Below are positions 26,670 through 37,805 of a stretch of 64,000 nt of DNA, piece after piece. How positions within the stretch are numbered: position 1 is the first letter of the stretch; every line of letters begins with the position of its first letter. A program made the position numbers and the translations under genes. The stretch comes from an uncultured Acidobacteriota bacterium (GTDB lineage Bacteria > Acidobacteriota > Thermoanaerobaculia > Gp7-AA8). The notes under the pieces were generated by a model that ran no database searches, was not told the DNA's origin, and saw nothing but the letters and a program-made list of their open reading frames with translations. Where the stretch lies: positions 32,001-96,000 of the forward strand of contig CAVUKB010000010.1 of NCBI GenBank assembly GCA_963741955.1, in the 5' to 3' direction.

Positions 26670-29093
26670 ATGAACCACTTCATCTGCATTCACGGACATT
26701 TCTACCAGCCGCCGCGCGAGAACCCGTGGCTCGAAGCGGTCGAACAGCAGGATTCTGCGTATCCCTACCACGACTGGAACGAGCGAATCACCGCCGAGTG
26801 CTACGCTCCGAATGCAGCTTCCCGGATCCTCGACGAAGAGGGGCGAATCGAGAAAATCGCCAACAACTACTCCCGGATCAGCTTCAACTTCGGCCCGACG
26901 CTTCTCGCCTGGATGGAAGCGAATGCGCCGGAGACCTACCATGCGGTGCTCGAAGCCGACAAGCAGAGCCAGAACCGCTTCGGCGGGCACGGATCGGCGA
27001 TCGCGCAGTGCTACAACCACGTGATCATGCCGCTGGCGAACACGCGCGACAAAGTCACTCAGGTGCTCTGGGGGGTTCGCGACTTCGAGCATCGTTTCCA
27101 GCGTGCCCCGGAGGGAATGTGGCTTCCCGAGACGGCGGTCGACCTCGAGACGCTCGACATACTCGCGCAGAACGGAATTCTATTCACCATCCTGGAGCCC
27201 GGTCAGGCGAAGCGAATGCGCAAGATCGGGTCATCGCAGTGGGTAGACGTGACCGGCGGCCGGGTCGACCCTACCCGACCGTACCGGGTGCAGCTCGCAT
27301 CCGGGAGGAGCCTCGCGGTCTTCTTCTACGACGGACCCATTTCGCGATCCGTCGCTTTCGATGGTCTTCTCGTCAACGGCGCCACATTCGCGAACCGTCT
27401 CGCGGGGGCGTTTTCCGAGGAGCGGAGCTGGGATCAGATCGTCAACGTGGCGACGGACGGCGAGACGTACGGTCACCATCACAAGTTCGGAGACATGGCG
27501 CTCGCATACGCCACTGCCCACATCGACGAGAATGGCCTGGGACACCTCGTGAACTACGGTGAATTCCTGGCCACCCATCCTCCGACCCACGAGGTTGAGA
27601 TCGCAGAGGAGACGTCCTGGAGCTGCGTCCACGGAATCGAGCGATGGCGCTCCGATTGCGGATGCCGCACCGGGGGACTTCCGGGATGGAACCAGGCCTG
27701 GCGCGGACCACTCCGCGAAGCGCTCGACTGGCTGCGCGACACACTCGAGCCGTGGTTCGAGCGCGAGGCCGGCAAGTTGCTGCGGAATCCGTGGGAGGCC
27801 CGGAATGACTACGTAGGTGTGATTCTCGAACGGGAGAACGGCAGGCTCGGCGACTTCCTGAGCTCACATCAGCTCCGGGAGCTCTCGGAAGAGGAGACGG
27901 TGCGGACGCTGGAGCTCATGGAGATTCAGCGGAACCTGATGCTGATGTACACCAGCTGCGGATGGTTCTTCAATGAGATCTCCGGAATCGAGACCATGCA
28001 GATCCTCCAGTACGCCGGACGGGCAGTCCAGCTCGCGGAGAAGCTGTCCGCTGACGCGGTCGAGCCGGAGTTCCTGGATCGACTCTCCCGTGCGCACAGC
28101 AACGTCCGCGAGCTCGGATCGGGCCGGGAGATCTACCGGAAGTCGATTCAGCCCGCGAAAGTCGATCTGCAGCGGGTGGGAGCCCACTACGCCGTTGCTT
28201 CTCTCTTCCACGCATACGAGCAGACGGAGCGCATCTACGCATACGAGGTGGAGCGGGAGGATTACGAGGTCGTGGAGGTCGGACGGGCGCGCGTGACGGT
28301 GGGACGAATTCGAGTCACGTCGAGGATCACCCGAGACAGCGCTCTTCTCAGTTTCGGTGTGCTGTACCTCGGCGACGTCCATCTGACCGGCGGGATCAAG
28401 ACGTGGCAGGCGGAAGAGCACGAGCGACTGAAGAATGAGTTGACCGACGCGTTCAACGTCACCGATTTCACCGCCGTGATGCGCCTTCTCGACCAGCATT
28501 TCGGAGGTCTGACCTTTTCCATCAAGTCACTTTTCCGGGACGATCAGCGGACGATTCTCGCCGAGATCTGCAACACCACGCTGCTGGAAGCGGAAGCCGC
28601 GATGCGCCGCCTCCACGATCGATACCTCCCACTGATGAAGTACCACCTCGACCTCGGTGTCCCTCTTCCGAAGGTGCTGAGCGCGGTCGCGGAATTCGAC
28701 CTGAACCTTCTCCTTCGTCGCGCGTTCGAGCGCGACGATCTCCCCGTCGAGACCATCCACGCCCTCCTCAAGCGTGTGAAGACCGAGAAGGCGACGGTCG
28801 ACGAGACGTCACTCGCATATGTGTTCCAGCAGACGCTCGAACGAATCGCAGACGAGTTTCTGAGGAAGCCGAATGACCTCGACGTCCTGCAACGTCTGAA
28901 CGAGGGCGTGGAACTGACGGAGATGCTGCCGTTCGGGGTTGACCTTCGTAAGCCACAGAACGTCTACTACAAGCTTCGAGGCGTGCTGCTCCCCGAATAC
29001 GTGCTTCGCGATTCCGAAGGGGATGAGGAAGCGAAAGAGTGGCTGACTCGATTCCGTGACCTGGGCGAGCGACTCTGGATGTCTGCCGGCTGA
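26670..29093 (+). CDS. Glycoside hydrolase family 57 protein with DUF3536
   Basis: HGHFYQPPRENPW, GMWLPETAVD, TDGETYGHH, SWSC-HG-ERW and MYTSCGWFF motifs. Confidence 0.92.
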   Translation: MNHFICIHGHFYQPPRENPWLEAVEQQDSAYPYHDWNERITAECYAPNAASRILDEEGRIEKIANNYSRISFNFGPTLLAWMEANAPETYHAVLEADKQSQNRFGGHGSAIAQCYNHVIMPLANTRDKVTQVLWGVRDFEHRFQRAPEGMWLPETAVDLETLDILAQNGILFTILEPGQAKRMRKIGSSQWVDVTGGRVDPTRPYRVQLASGRSLAVFFYDGPISRSVAFDGLLVNGATFANRLAGAFSEERSWDQIVNVATDGETYGHHHKFGDMALAYATAHIDENGLGHLVNYGEFLATHPPTHEVEIAEETSWSCVHGIERWRSDCGCRTGGLPGWNQAWRGPLREALDWLRDTLEPWFEREAGKLLRNPWEARNDYVGVILERENGRLGDFLSSHQLRELSEEETVRTLELMEIQRNLMLMYTSCGWFFNEISGIETMQILQYAGRAVQLAEKLSADAVEPEFLDRLSRAHSNVRELGSGREIYRKSIQPAKVDLQRVGAHYAVASLFHAYEQTERIYAYEVEREDYEVVEVGRARVTVGRIRVTSRITRDSALLSFGVLYLGDVHLTGGIKTWQAEEHERLKNELTDAFNVTDFTAVMRLLDQHFGGLTFSIKSLFRDDQRTILAEICNTTLLEAEAAMRRLHDRYLPLMKYHLDLGVPLPKVLSAVAEFDLNLLLRRAFERDDLPVETIHALLKRVKTEKATVDETSLAYVFQQTLERIADEFLRKPNDLDVLQRLNEGVELTEMLPFGVDLRKPQNVYYKLRGVLLPEYVLRDSEGDEEAKEWLTRFRDLGERLWMSAG

Positions 29094-29139
29094 AGAGTCG
29101 GGAGATCTGGCACGACGCTCGAAACGAGAGGATGAACAG

Positions 29140-30633
29140 ATGCGGGATCGTTCAGCCGGAATTCTTCTTCATCCGAGCTCGCTCCCCGGTCCGTACGGGA
29201 TCGGCGACCTGGGGCCGGAGGTGGACCGCTTTCTCGACTGGTGCGCCGAAGCGGGACAGCGGCTCTGGCAGATCCTGCCGCTGGGTCCGACCGGGGCGGG
29301 GAACTCGCCGTACGGGACACTCTCCGCCTTCGCCGGGAATCCTCTCCTGATCTCGCCGGAACAGCTCATCGCCGATCACCTGCTTCCAGGGGACGCGCTC
29401 TCCGACGCTCCGCCATTTCCCGGAGATCACGTCGATTTCGGCGCCGTGAGTCGATGGAAACAACAGCTGCTCCGCGACGCCTGGAGCCACTTCCGCAACG
29501 AGACCACGCACCCGCTCCGCTCCGGACTGGAGGCGTTCGTCCGGGATCCCCGCAATACCCGCTGGCTCGACGACTGGACACTCTTCGCCGCGATCAAGGG
29601 AGAGATGGAGGGCCGGCAGTGGCGCGACTGGCCGCCGCCGCTGGCGATGAGAACGGATCTCGACTCCGCTCGAAAAGATCTGTGGGAATCGATCGATTTT
29701 CACCGCTTCGTCCAGTTCGTCTTCTACCGGCAGTGGGAGCGCGTGCGACAGGAAGCCCACCGGCGAGGAATCCGGATCATGGGGGATGTTCCGATCTACG
29801 TGGCGCTCGACAGCGCCGACGTCTGGGCGAATTCCGACCGTTTCCTGCTCGACGAGAACGGCAACCCGATCGCGGTCGCAGGAGTCCCTCCCGATTACTT
29901 CAGTCCGACCGGTCAGCGATGGGGGAACCCGCTCTACCGATGGGATCGGATGCGCCAGCTCGACTACGAGTGGTGGGTCGCTCGTTTCGGCGCGAACTTC
30001 CGGATGACCGATCTGGTCCGGCTGGATCATTTTCGGGGTTTCGCGGCGTATTGGGAGATTCCCGCGGGGAATGAGACGGCTCAGGGCGGCAAATGGGTGG
30101 AGGGGCCGGGTCTGCAGTTTTTCGAGCAGATCCGATCCGAGCTCGGCGATCTTCCTTTCGTGGCAGAGGATCTCGGCGAGATCACGCCCGACGTCGAGCT
30201 TCTTCGCGATTCGGCAGGACTCCCCGGGATGAAGGTGCTGCAGTTCGCGTTCGGCGAGGACGACAGTCCACACCATCCGCACAACTACGTCCGCAACATG
30301 GTGGTGTATACCGGCACTCACGACAACGATACGACCCGAGGGTGGTGGGGTCATCTCGACGCACGCTCGAAACATCGGCTGCAGGAGTATCTCGGTCATT
30401 GCTCGGACAGCGTCGAACGTCAACTCATTCGTGCCGCCTATACCTCGGTCGCGGATCTCGTGGTCACTCCGCTGCAGGACGTCTTCGGCCTCGGAAGTGA
30501 GGGGAGGATGAATGTTCCCGGTCATCCCGACGACAACTGGACCTGGCGCGCCCGTCACGAGCAGTTCCGTCCCGAAGACGCGCACCGCCTGAGAGATCTG
30601 GCCCGCCTGACCGGACGCACTCCGGAGAAGTGA
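29140..30633 (+). CDS. malQ: 4-alpha-glucanotransferase (amylomaltase, short type)
   Basis: GILLHPSSLP, WQILPLGPT, AGVPPDYFS-TGQRWGNP, RLDHFRG, AEDLG and YTGTHDNDT motifs. Confidence 0.95.
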   Translation: MRDRSAGILLHPSSLPGPYGIGDLGPEVDRFLDWCAEAGQRLWQILPLGPTGAGNSPYGTLSAFAGNPLLISPEQLIADHLLPGDALSDAPPFPGDHVDFGAVSRWKQQLLRDAWSHFRNETTHPLRSGLEAFVRDPRNTRWLDDWTLFAAIKGEMEGRQWRDWPPPLAMRTDLDSARKDLWESIDFHRFVQFVFYRQWERVRQEAHRRGIRIMGDVPIYVALDSADVWANSDRFLLDENGNPIAVAGVPPDYFSPTGQRWGNPLYRWDRMRQLDYEWWVARFGANFRMTDLVRLDHFRGFAAYWEIPAGNETAQGGKWVEGPGLQFFEQIRSELGDLPFVAEDLGEITPDVELLRDSAGLPGMKVLQFAFGEDDSPHHPHNYVRNMVVYTGTHDNDTTRGWWGHLDARSKHRLQEYLGHCSDSVERQLIRAAYTSVADLVVTPLQDVFGLGSEGRMNVPGHPDDNWTWRARHEQFRPEDAHRLRDLARLTGRTPEK

Positions 30634-30638
30634 ATCGA

Positions 30639-33491
30639 TCAGCGGGAGTGCTGCACCGGCTCGGCGCGCAGAATCGCAACCGGAAAGGAGCGAAAGACGT
30701 CCGCCACTTTGAGGGAAGGGCTCGCCTCGATCGTCTCGTCGGTATAGACATTCCTCCACATTCCGGATGCGCCGGAAGGTAACTCGATCGTCTCCTCGCT
30801 CCAGACGTCCTCGCCGAGAGGGAAGGTTCCAGCTCGGACGAGAGCCGACACGAGGCGGGGTACGGCCACCACGACAGACGATCCATCACCTCGTCGCATG
30901 AATGTGCAGACGTGACCCTTAGCGCCCTCCGAAGTCGGTAGTGGCTCGTAGGAACCATCGAGAAAGAGGGGAGCGAGTTCCTTCCGAATCTCGAGCCCGC
31001 GCTGGGTGACGTACATCTTGATCGCGCCGTTCTTCCAGTTTCGCAGGAGCCTGCCAGCCAGTGCGGAACGGTCCTTCGACCCGCGCCGTATCGAACCGAG
31101 GATGCGCTTTCGTGCGGCGTAATCGACCGGACGCCGATTGTCCGGGTCGACCAGACTGAAATCCCACAGCTCCGTACCCTGATAGAAGTCGGGCGAGCCG
31201 GGTGAACCGATCTTGAGTGCCACCTGAGAAAGGCTGTTGAGGAACCCGAAGAACGCGACCTTTCGATGCAGGCTCGCGAGATCGCGACGGAAACGACTCC
31301 CTTCACGAAGGAGGCGATCGACGAATTCCTTCATCGCCATTTCGTAAGGGGTATTCGGTTGCAGCCAGCTGGAGTGAACTTTCGCTTCCCGTGCCGCCTT
31401 CTGGACGAACTGGTGAAGCCTCTCCTGCAAAGTCGGAATCTCCCTCCCGTCCAGCGGCCACACCCCCAGGATTGTCTGGTAGATCATCAATTCGTCGTTC
31501 CCGTCCGGAGCTGCGTGGCCCTCGACGATCTCTTTGGCATCCGCATTGATCCGTGCCCAGCGACGCGCGATCCGCGGCCACTCCTCGAGCTCGGAGAGAA
31601 CGTCGATTCGCGTGCGTACGTCTTCGCTCCGTTTCGTATCGTGAGTGTTCGTCGTGTTCAGAGTGTGTGGCCACTGTCGCGCGCGGTCCGAATTCTCACG
31701 GTGGAACGCCTCCACGGGATCCGCCGGAACATCTTCCGGATCGCCACCCACTTCGTTCATCGAGATCAGCCGGTTGTAGACGTAGAAGGACGTGTCCTCC
31801 ACCCCCTTCGCGACGACTCGACCGGTGTATTGCTGCCATCGCATTACGAAGTCGAGCCAGGAAGGGGCCTGATCGGACGCGTAGTGGGGAGGATCGACGA
31901 GAAGCACGCGCTGCACGAACCGGTAGACCTGGTCGTCGATCCGCGGCGCGCGGTGGCGTGCTTCGTGGACCGCCCTCTCGATCCATTGGCGATCGGATCG
32001 AGGAACCTCCCCCGGTTCGCGGATGTAGGTGCGATACACGTCGAGAGATGCGGTGATCTCGACCAGCGCGTCTTCGATCTCTTCCTGCGGGAAATCGCGG
32101 GCGGTCCGGTCCGCAGCGGCGAGTCCGGCGAGTCTCGCCGCGAGCGCGCGAGTCTCGCTGACGAAGAGACTTTCGATGACCAGCTTTTTTCGTTCGTACG
32201 CGATATCGTCGAACGGCTCACGAATCCCGCCCAGATCGGTGTAGAGAGCAGAGAGCCGGCCCAAACCATCAGGGCTGACGAACAGGTCATTCACCCGATT
32301 CAGGAAATCGTATCCGGTGGTTCCGCTCACCGCGAAATCGTTCGGCAACTGCTCATCGCGAGCGAGGATCTTTTCCACCACCACCCAGTAAGGGCGGTGA
32401 TTTTCAGCAGACGCTTCGACTCCGGCCAGCCGGATCTGCAGCTTACGCAGGTGCGCCACCGGATCGTAGAGGCCGTCGATGTGATCGATGCGCAACCCGG
32501 TCACCCGCCCCTCGTCCACGAGTTGCAGGATGAGCTTCTGGCGGGCCTCGAACACTTCGGGGTCTTCGATGCGCAGTCCCACCAGGTCGGTGATGTCGAA
32601 GAATCGTCGGTAGTTGATCTGTTCGGACGCGCGGCGCCAGTACGCCAGGCGATACCACTGGCGATCGAGAAGCGAATCGAGCTGTTCGAAACTCGTCGGG
32701 TCGTCCGGCGTGCCGTTCCACGAGTCGACCACCCGTTGCAGCGTCTCACCGAAATTTTGGTCGACCTGTTGGAGCCGCTCGAGAGTCTCCTTGAGGAAGC
32801 GGGTGTTCGTCATCCGTTCCGGATCCTGATTCTCCGTCCCGGCCACCGGCTCGAATCCCCGCAGGATCTCCTCCAGCTCGATTGCGGAAGGATTCGATCC
32901 GTGCCCCTCGGAGTGCATCCGGTCGAGAACGGCGCGCAGGAGCTCGAGATAGGAGTAGCCCGCGATCGGCATTTTGCGATCGTAGTAGGTGACGAACAGC
33001 CCTCGTTCACCCACCGCCAGACGGAGCTCGCCCTTCTCCAGAGCCTCGCCGTACGGGCGTCCGAGAATCGGGAGAAGAATTTTCCGTTCGAGTCCGCGGG
33101 GGAAATGAAAAGGGTGCCATTCGATATCGAAGTATTGAGCACGTCGCGAGTACGGGCCGTTCTCGAGGACGTCCATCCACCAGGAGTTCTCGGATGTCGC
33201 CGCCATGTGGTTCGGAACGATGTCGAGAATCAATCCCAACCCGTTCTCGCCGAGCCGGTCGCTGAGAGAAATGAACTCCTCCTCCCCGCCTGCCTCCGGG
33301 TTGACGTGATGCGGATCGACGACGTCGTAGCCGTGCTGACTGCCGGGGGTGGCCGTCAGGATCGGAGAACTGTAGAGGTCCGTGATCCCGAGTGATGCGA
33401 GATAAGGGACGATGGCCGTGGCATCGCCGAACCGGAACGAGCCGTTGAACTGGATACGATACGTCGCGGTCGGGACTCGGAATTGCGTCAT
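30639..33491 (-). CDS. treY: Malto-oligosyltrehalose synthase
   Basis: PTATYRIQF, HGYDVVD, DIVPNHM, INYRRFFDI, RIDHIDGL, THDTKRSED and LVDPDNRRPVDY motifs. Confidence 0.95.
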   Translation of the reverse strand: MTQFRVPTATYRIQFNGSFRFGDATAIVPYLASLGITDLYSSPILTATPGSQHGYDVVDPHHVNPEAGGEEEFISLSDRLGENGLGLILDIVPNHMAATSENSWWMDVLENGPYSRRAQYFDIEWHPFHFPRGLERKILLPILGRPYGEALEKGELRLAVGERGLFVTYYDRKMPIAGYSYLELLRAVLDRMHSEGHGSNPSAIELEEILRGFEPVAGTENQDPERMTNTRFLKETLERLQQVDQNFGETLQRVVDSWNGTPDDPTSFEQLDSLLDRQWYRLAYWRRASEQINYRRFFDITDLVGLRIEDPEVFEARQKLILQLVDEGRVTGLRIDHIDGLYDPVAHLRKLQIRLAGVEASAENHRPYWVVVEKILARDEQLPNDFAVSGTTGYDFLNRVNDLFVSPDGLGRLSALYTDLGGIREPFDDIAYERKKLVIESLFVSETRALAARLAGLAAADRTARDFPQEEIEDALVEITASLDVYRTYIREPGEVPRSDRQWIERAVHEARHRAPRIDDQVYRFVQRVLLVDPPHYASDQAPSWLDFVMRWQQYTGRVVAKGVEDTSFYVYNRLISMNEVGGDPEDVPADPVEAFHRENSDRARQWPHTLNTTNTHDTKRSEDVRTRIDVLSELEEWPRIARRWARINADAKEIVEGHAAPDGNDELMIYQTILGVWPLDGREIPTLQERLHQFVQKAAREAKVHSSWLQPNTPYEMAMKEFVDRLLREGSRFRRDLASLHRKVAFFGFLNSLSQVALKIGSPGSPDFYQGTELWDFSLVDPDNRRPVDYAARKRILGSIRRGSKDRSALAGRLLRNWKNGAIKMYVTQRGLEIRKELAPLFLDGSYEPLPTSEGAKGHVCTFMRRGDGSSVVVAVPRLVSALVRAGTFPLGEDVWSEETIELPSGASGMWRNVYTDETIEASPSLKVADVFRSFPVAILRAEPVQHSR

Positions 33492-33498
33492 CGTGTTC

Positions 33499-35379
33499 TC
33501 ATTCCTTCCCGTCGATTCGCGTCGAATGCGCATCCGGAGCCTTCCAGTAGACCACGACGCTCTCCGGAGCAAGAGTCAGGGTTCGGTTCGCGTCCCGGGC
33601 GACGTTCTCCTCTGCGGTCGCTCCGTCGCCGTTCCACCGTGGCTCCGAAGAATCGAGCAGCTTCGTCCAGTGGCCGCGCGACATGATCGCGTCGACGGTC
33701 TGCGGGGACTCGCTGAAGTTGAAGAGGAGGAGCGATTCGTCATAACGCACCGAGCGACGGACCTGAAGCACTCGCTTCTCCTCGAAGGGGACGGGATCGA
33801 TCGTTCCTTCGTCTCCCGCGCCGAGCGAAGGATACTTCGACCGGAGCGCCAGCAGCTCGCGGTAGAACTCGAGAAGAGTGCGATGCGGCTCCCCCGTCGC
33901 CTGGCCGGGGTCGAGCGTCGAGCGGTTGAATGTTCTTTCGTCCTGGGGATCGGGAGCCTCTCCTTTCCAGGCGAAGGATGCGAACTCCGCGCGCCGCCCG
34001 CTGCGGACGGCCTCGATCAGATCGGGATCCGAGTGGCTGGTGAAGTAGAGGAACGGCGCTGTTTCCCCGTATTCCTCCCCCATGAAGAGAAGCGGCAGGA
34101 AGGGCGAAAGAATCACGGCGGCGGCAGCGAGTTTCAATCGCACGAACGGCACCAGACTCGAGAGTCGCTCGCCGAGCATCCTGTTGCCGACCTGATCGTG
34201 ATTCTGCGAACAGACCACGAACCGTGACGGCGGCAGGCCTGCTGGTGATGCGCCGTAGCGCCGGCCCCGGTGAATCGCGTACTGGCCGGTGTAAACGAAT
34301 CCTTCGCGATAGACCCGAGCCAGATCGGAGAGGCGGCCGAAGCCGGCGTAGTACCCCTCTCCTTCGCGGGTGAGAATGGTGTGGAGCGAGTGGTGGAAGT
34401 CGTCACTCCATTGCGCATCGAGACCATATCCACCGACCGCCTTCGGCCGGATCAGACGAGGATCGTTCAGGTCACTCTCGGCGATGGCGAATACGTGCCG
34501 GTGCAGAGTACGCGAGAGGATGTGAACCTCGTCGGCGAGCTCTTCGAGGAACTTGCGCGCCGATTCGTCGACGATCGCATGAACCGCGTCGAGGCGGAGT
34601 GCGTCGATGTGGAACTCGTCGATCCACATCCGTGCGTTTTCGATGAAGTAGCGGCGTACCTCGTCGCTTTCCGGGCCGTCGAAGTTCAGCGCATCTCCCC
34701 ACGGTGTGTGATATCGATCAGTGAAGTAGGGAGCGAATTCGCCGAGGTAGTTTCCTTCCGGACCGAGGTGGTTGTAGACCACGTCGAGACAGACGGCGAG
34801 GCCACGCGCGTGCGCGCTGTCGACGAGGCGTTTGAGGCCGGTCACTCCCCCGTACGAGCTCTGCACCGCCCAGGGAAAGGCGCCGTCGTATCCCCAGTTC
34901 CGCGTACCGGGGAAGTGGGCGACGGGCATCAGTTCGACGAACGTGATTCCCATGCGCGCCAGGCGATCGAGGTGCGGAATCACAGCTTCGAATGTTCCTT
35001 CGGGCGTGAATGTACCGACGTGCAGCTCGTAGAAGACGGCGAGAGGGAGCGGAATGCCGCTCCAGGAGGAGTCGCTCCACTCGAAATCGCGGGCCACGAC
35101 GGAGGAGGCATGGTGAACGCCATCGGGTTGGGCTCGCGAAGCGGGGTCCGGCCGGTCGGACCGGCCGTCGAGGCGAAAGAGGTAGCGCGCTCCGGGTCCT
35201 GCTTCCGCGACTCTCTTCCAGTACCCGTCTGCTTCGCGGTCCATCGGCAGGAGCTGCTCGCGCGGCGAAAGGAGGTGAAGCTCGACCGAGGATGCCCTCG
35301 GTGCCCAGACGTGAAACAGCGTCAACCGCTCGTCGAGCGGAGTGGCGCCGAGCGGCGGTCTCTCTTCCAGGCGTGCCAT
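33499..35379 (-). CDS. treZ: Malto-oligosyltrehalose trehalohydrolase (copy 2)
   Basis: VWAP, PDPASRAQPDGVH, RNWGYDG, LRLDAVHAI, QNHDQVGNR and LFMGEEYGE motifs; adjacent to treY. Confidence 0.95.
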   Translation of the reverse strand: MARLEERPPLGATPLDERLTLFHVWAPRASSVELHLLSPREQLLPMDREADGYWKRVAEAGPGARYLFRLDGRSDRPDPASRAQPDGVHHASSVVARDFEWSDSSWSGIPLPLAVFYELHVGTFTPEGTFEAVIPHLDRLARMGITFVELMPVAHFPGTRNWGYDGAFPWAVQSSYGGVTGLKRLVDSAHARGLAVCLDVVYNHLGPEGNYLGEFAPYFTDRYHTPWGDALNFDGPESDEVRRYFIENARMWIDEFHIDALRLDAVHAIVDESARKFLEELADEVHILSRTLHRHVFAIAESDLNDPRLIRPKAVGGYGLDAQWSDDFHHSLHTILTREGEGYYAGFGRLSDLARVYREGFVYTGQYAIHRGRRYGASPAGLPPSRFVVCSQNHDQVGNRMLGERLSSLVPFVRLKLAAAAVILSPFLPLLFMGEEYGETAPFLYFTSHSDPDLIEAVRSGRRAEFASFAWKGEAPDPQDERTFNRSTLDPGQATGEPHRTLLEFYRELLALRSKYPSLGAGDEGTIDPVPFEEKRVLQVRRSVRYDESLLLFNFSESPQTVDAIMSRGHWTKLLDSSEPRWNGDGATAEENVARDANRTLTLAPESVVVYWKAPDAHSTRIDGKE

Positions 35380-35576
35380 TCGTCGTTCGTTCAGCTTCAG
35401 GGTCAGGTATTCGAAGTCGTGTCGTTCAGCCTGCGCGGATTTTCCGCCGCCCTCTTTCCCGGCGATGCACGGAAGAAGAACGGGATGGCGGCGCGTACGA
35501 GCGCGAGCTGCGAACCGGCGTCCGTGGAGCCGGTCCTTCGCTCGGATGACTCACGAAATGCCGTCGCGTACGTCTC

Positions 35577-37805
35577 CTATTCTCTCCCGAAGAAGACGGC
35601 GCCCAGGGGAGGAAGAGTAAGCGTCAGGGAATGGCTCTGGCCATGGAGTGAGAAAGGTGCCGCTTCGGCACCGCCGAGATTCCCCTGCCCGCTCCCCCCG
35701 TAGAGAGGCGCATCGCTGTTCAGGGCCTCTTTCCACCATCCTCTGCCCGGGGCCCCGACCATGTAATTGTGCCGAGGTACCGGAGTGAAATTGAACACGC
35801 AGAGGATCGCGTCGTCCTCGGATCGACCTCTCCGGATGAAGCTGATCACGCTGTTGTCCGTGTCGCAGCAGTCGACCCAGGAGAATCCGCGCGGGTCATA
35901 ATCGAGCTGGTGGAGTGCGGTCCTCTCGCGGTACGTGCGGTTCATGTCCGCGACCCATCGCTGGACTCCGGCATGTCCGGGGTCGTCGAGGAGGTGCCAG
36001 TCCAGACTCGATTCGTGATTCCACTCGTGCCACTGCCCGAGCTCTCCTCCCATGAAGAGAAGCTTCTTGCCGGGCTGGGCCCACATGTAGGCATAGAGGA
36101 GACGGAGGTTCGCCATCTTCTGCCACGCGTCCCCGGGCATCTTTCCGGCGAGCGATCCTTTTCCGTGCACCACTTCGTCATGCGAGAGCGGAAGCACGAA
36201 ATTTTCGGAGAAGGCGTAGATCATCCGGAAGGTCAGATCGTTGTGGTGATACTTCCGGTGAATCGGCTCATTCGACATGTAGCGGAGCGTGTCGTGCATC
36301 CACCCCATGTCCCACTTCATTCCGAATCCCAGGCCGCCGACATAAAGAGGGCGCGAGACCATCGGCCAGGCGGTCGACTCTTCCGCGATCGTCTGCACGT
36401 CGGGAGTGGTCTGGAAGACGTCCTGGTTCATCCGGCGAAGAAAGTCGATCGCCTCGAGATTCTCGCGGCCACCGTACTTGTTCGGGATCCACTCTCCCTC
36501 CTTTCTGGAGTAGTCGAGATAGAGCATCGAGGCGACGGCGTCGACGCGCAGGCCGTCCGCATGGAACTTCTCGAGCCAGAACATCGCGCTGGAGAGGAGA
36601 AACGCCCGAACCTCGTTTCGACCGTAATTGAAGATGTAGCTTCCCCAGTCGGGATGAAACCCCTGGCGCGGGTCTGCGTGTTCGAACAGGTGCGTCCCGT
36701 CGAAATACGCGAGCCCGTGCTCGTCAGTCGGGAAGTGCGACGGCACCCAGTCGAGGATCACACCGATGCCGCGCTGGTGCAGGTGGTCGATCATGTACAT
36801 CAGATCCTGGGGCGTTCCGTACCGGCTGGTCGGGGCGAAGAAGCCGGTGACCTGGTATCCCCACGACCCGAAAAAGGGATGTTCCATGATCGGGAGGAGC
36901 TCCACGTGCGTGAACCCGAGCTGATTGCAGTAGTCCGCCAGCAGAGGGGCCATCTCACGGTACGTGAGCGGACGGTTGTCCTCTTCGGGGACACGTCTCC
37001 ACGATCCGACATGCAGCTCGTAGATCGACATCGGTGAATCGAGTGAGTTCCGGCCACGCCGGGTCTGCATCCATTCGGCATCGCCCCACTGGTACTCGAC
37101 GTCCCACACGATGGACGCGGTCTTCGGGGGCGTCTCGTGCATGAAGGCGAACGGATCCGCCTTGTCCACGCGGAATCCGTCGTGCTTCGATTCGATGTGG
37201 TACTTGTACGCGTCGCCTCTCTTCAGGCCTGGGATATGGCCTTCCCAGATTCCGGAATGGCCGCGCGGCTGTAGCGGATTCTGCCCCTTTTGCCATCCAT
37301 TGAAGTCGCCGATGACCGATACCCGCTCCGCCGAAGGCGCCCAGACGGCGAAACTCACACCATTTGCGACCACGTGTGCGCCGAGCTTTTCGTACAGCTT
37401 GTGGTGAGTTCCCTCGTTGAACAGATAGATGTCGTCGTCGGAGAGGAGCGAGTGACCGCCGCCGGGATGCGGAGGAGCCGCGGGAGAGCCGCCACCGGAC
37501 ACTTTCGTGACGCTGGGCGCGGGCGCCGATTCGGAGTCGGATGTCACGGGAGCGGGATTTTTTCCGGCACGCGAGCGCGTGGCGCGAGGAGTGCCCGCTC
37601 GGGGGGTCCCTTCCTTCTTTGCGGAGCTCCGCTTCGGCCGCGGAGCAGATTCACCCTGCTGCGGCGAGTCGCCGGCGTCTTTTCCGACGTCGGCTCGCTT
37701 CGCGGGCGGACGTCCGGATCCGGACGGTTCAGCGTTCCGTTTCGTCTCCGGTCGTACTGCCTTCTCGCGGCTGTTCTCTGCTGAATCGTGTCGCTCGTCT
37801 GTCAT
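35577..37805 (-). CDS. glgB: 1,4-alpha-glucan branching enzyme
   Basis: [42 protein letters not shown] and [10 protein letters not shown] motifs; long low-complexity N-terminus. Confidence 0.95.
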   Translation of the reverse strand: MTDERHDSAENSREKAVRPETKRNAEPSGSGRPPAKRADVGKDAGDSPQQGESAPRPKRSSAKKEGTPRAGTPRATRSRAGKNPAPVTSDSESAPAPSVTKVSGGGSPAAPPHPGGGHSLLSDDDIYLFNEGTHHKLYEKLGAHVVANGVSFAVWAPSAERVSVIGDFNGWQKGQNPLQPRGHSGIWEGHIPGLKRGDAYKYHIESKHDGFRVDKADPFAFMHETPPKTASIVWDVEYQWGDAEWMQTRRGRNSLDSPMSIYELHVGSWRRVPEEDNRPLTYREMAPLLADYCNQLGFTHVELLPIMEHPFFGSWGYQVTGFFAPTSRYGTPQDLMYMIDHLHQRGIGVILDWVPSHFPTDEHGLAYFDGTHLFEHADPRQGFHPDWGSYIFNYGRNEVRAFLLSSAMFWLEKFHADGLRVDAVASMLYLDYSRKEGEWIPNKYGGRENLEAIDFLRRMNQDVFQTTPDVQTIAEESTAWPMVSRPLYVGGLGFGMKWDMGWMHDTLRYMSNEPIHRKYHHNDLTFRMIYAFSENFVLPLSHDEVVHGKGSLAGKMPGDAWQKMANLRLLYAYMWAQPGKKLLFMGGELGQWHEWNHESSLDWHLLDDPGHAGVQRWVADMNRTYRERTALHQLDYDPRGFSWVDCCDTDNSVISFIRRGRSEDDAILCVFNFTPVPRHNYMVGAPGRGWWKEALNSDAPLYGGSGQGNLGGAEAAPFSLHGQSHSLTLTLPPLGAVFFGRE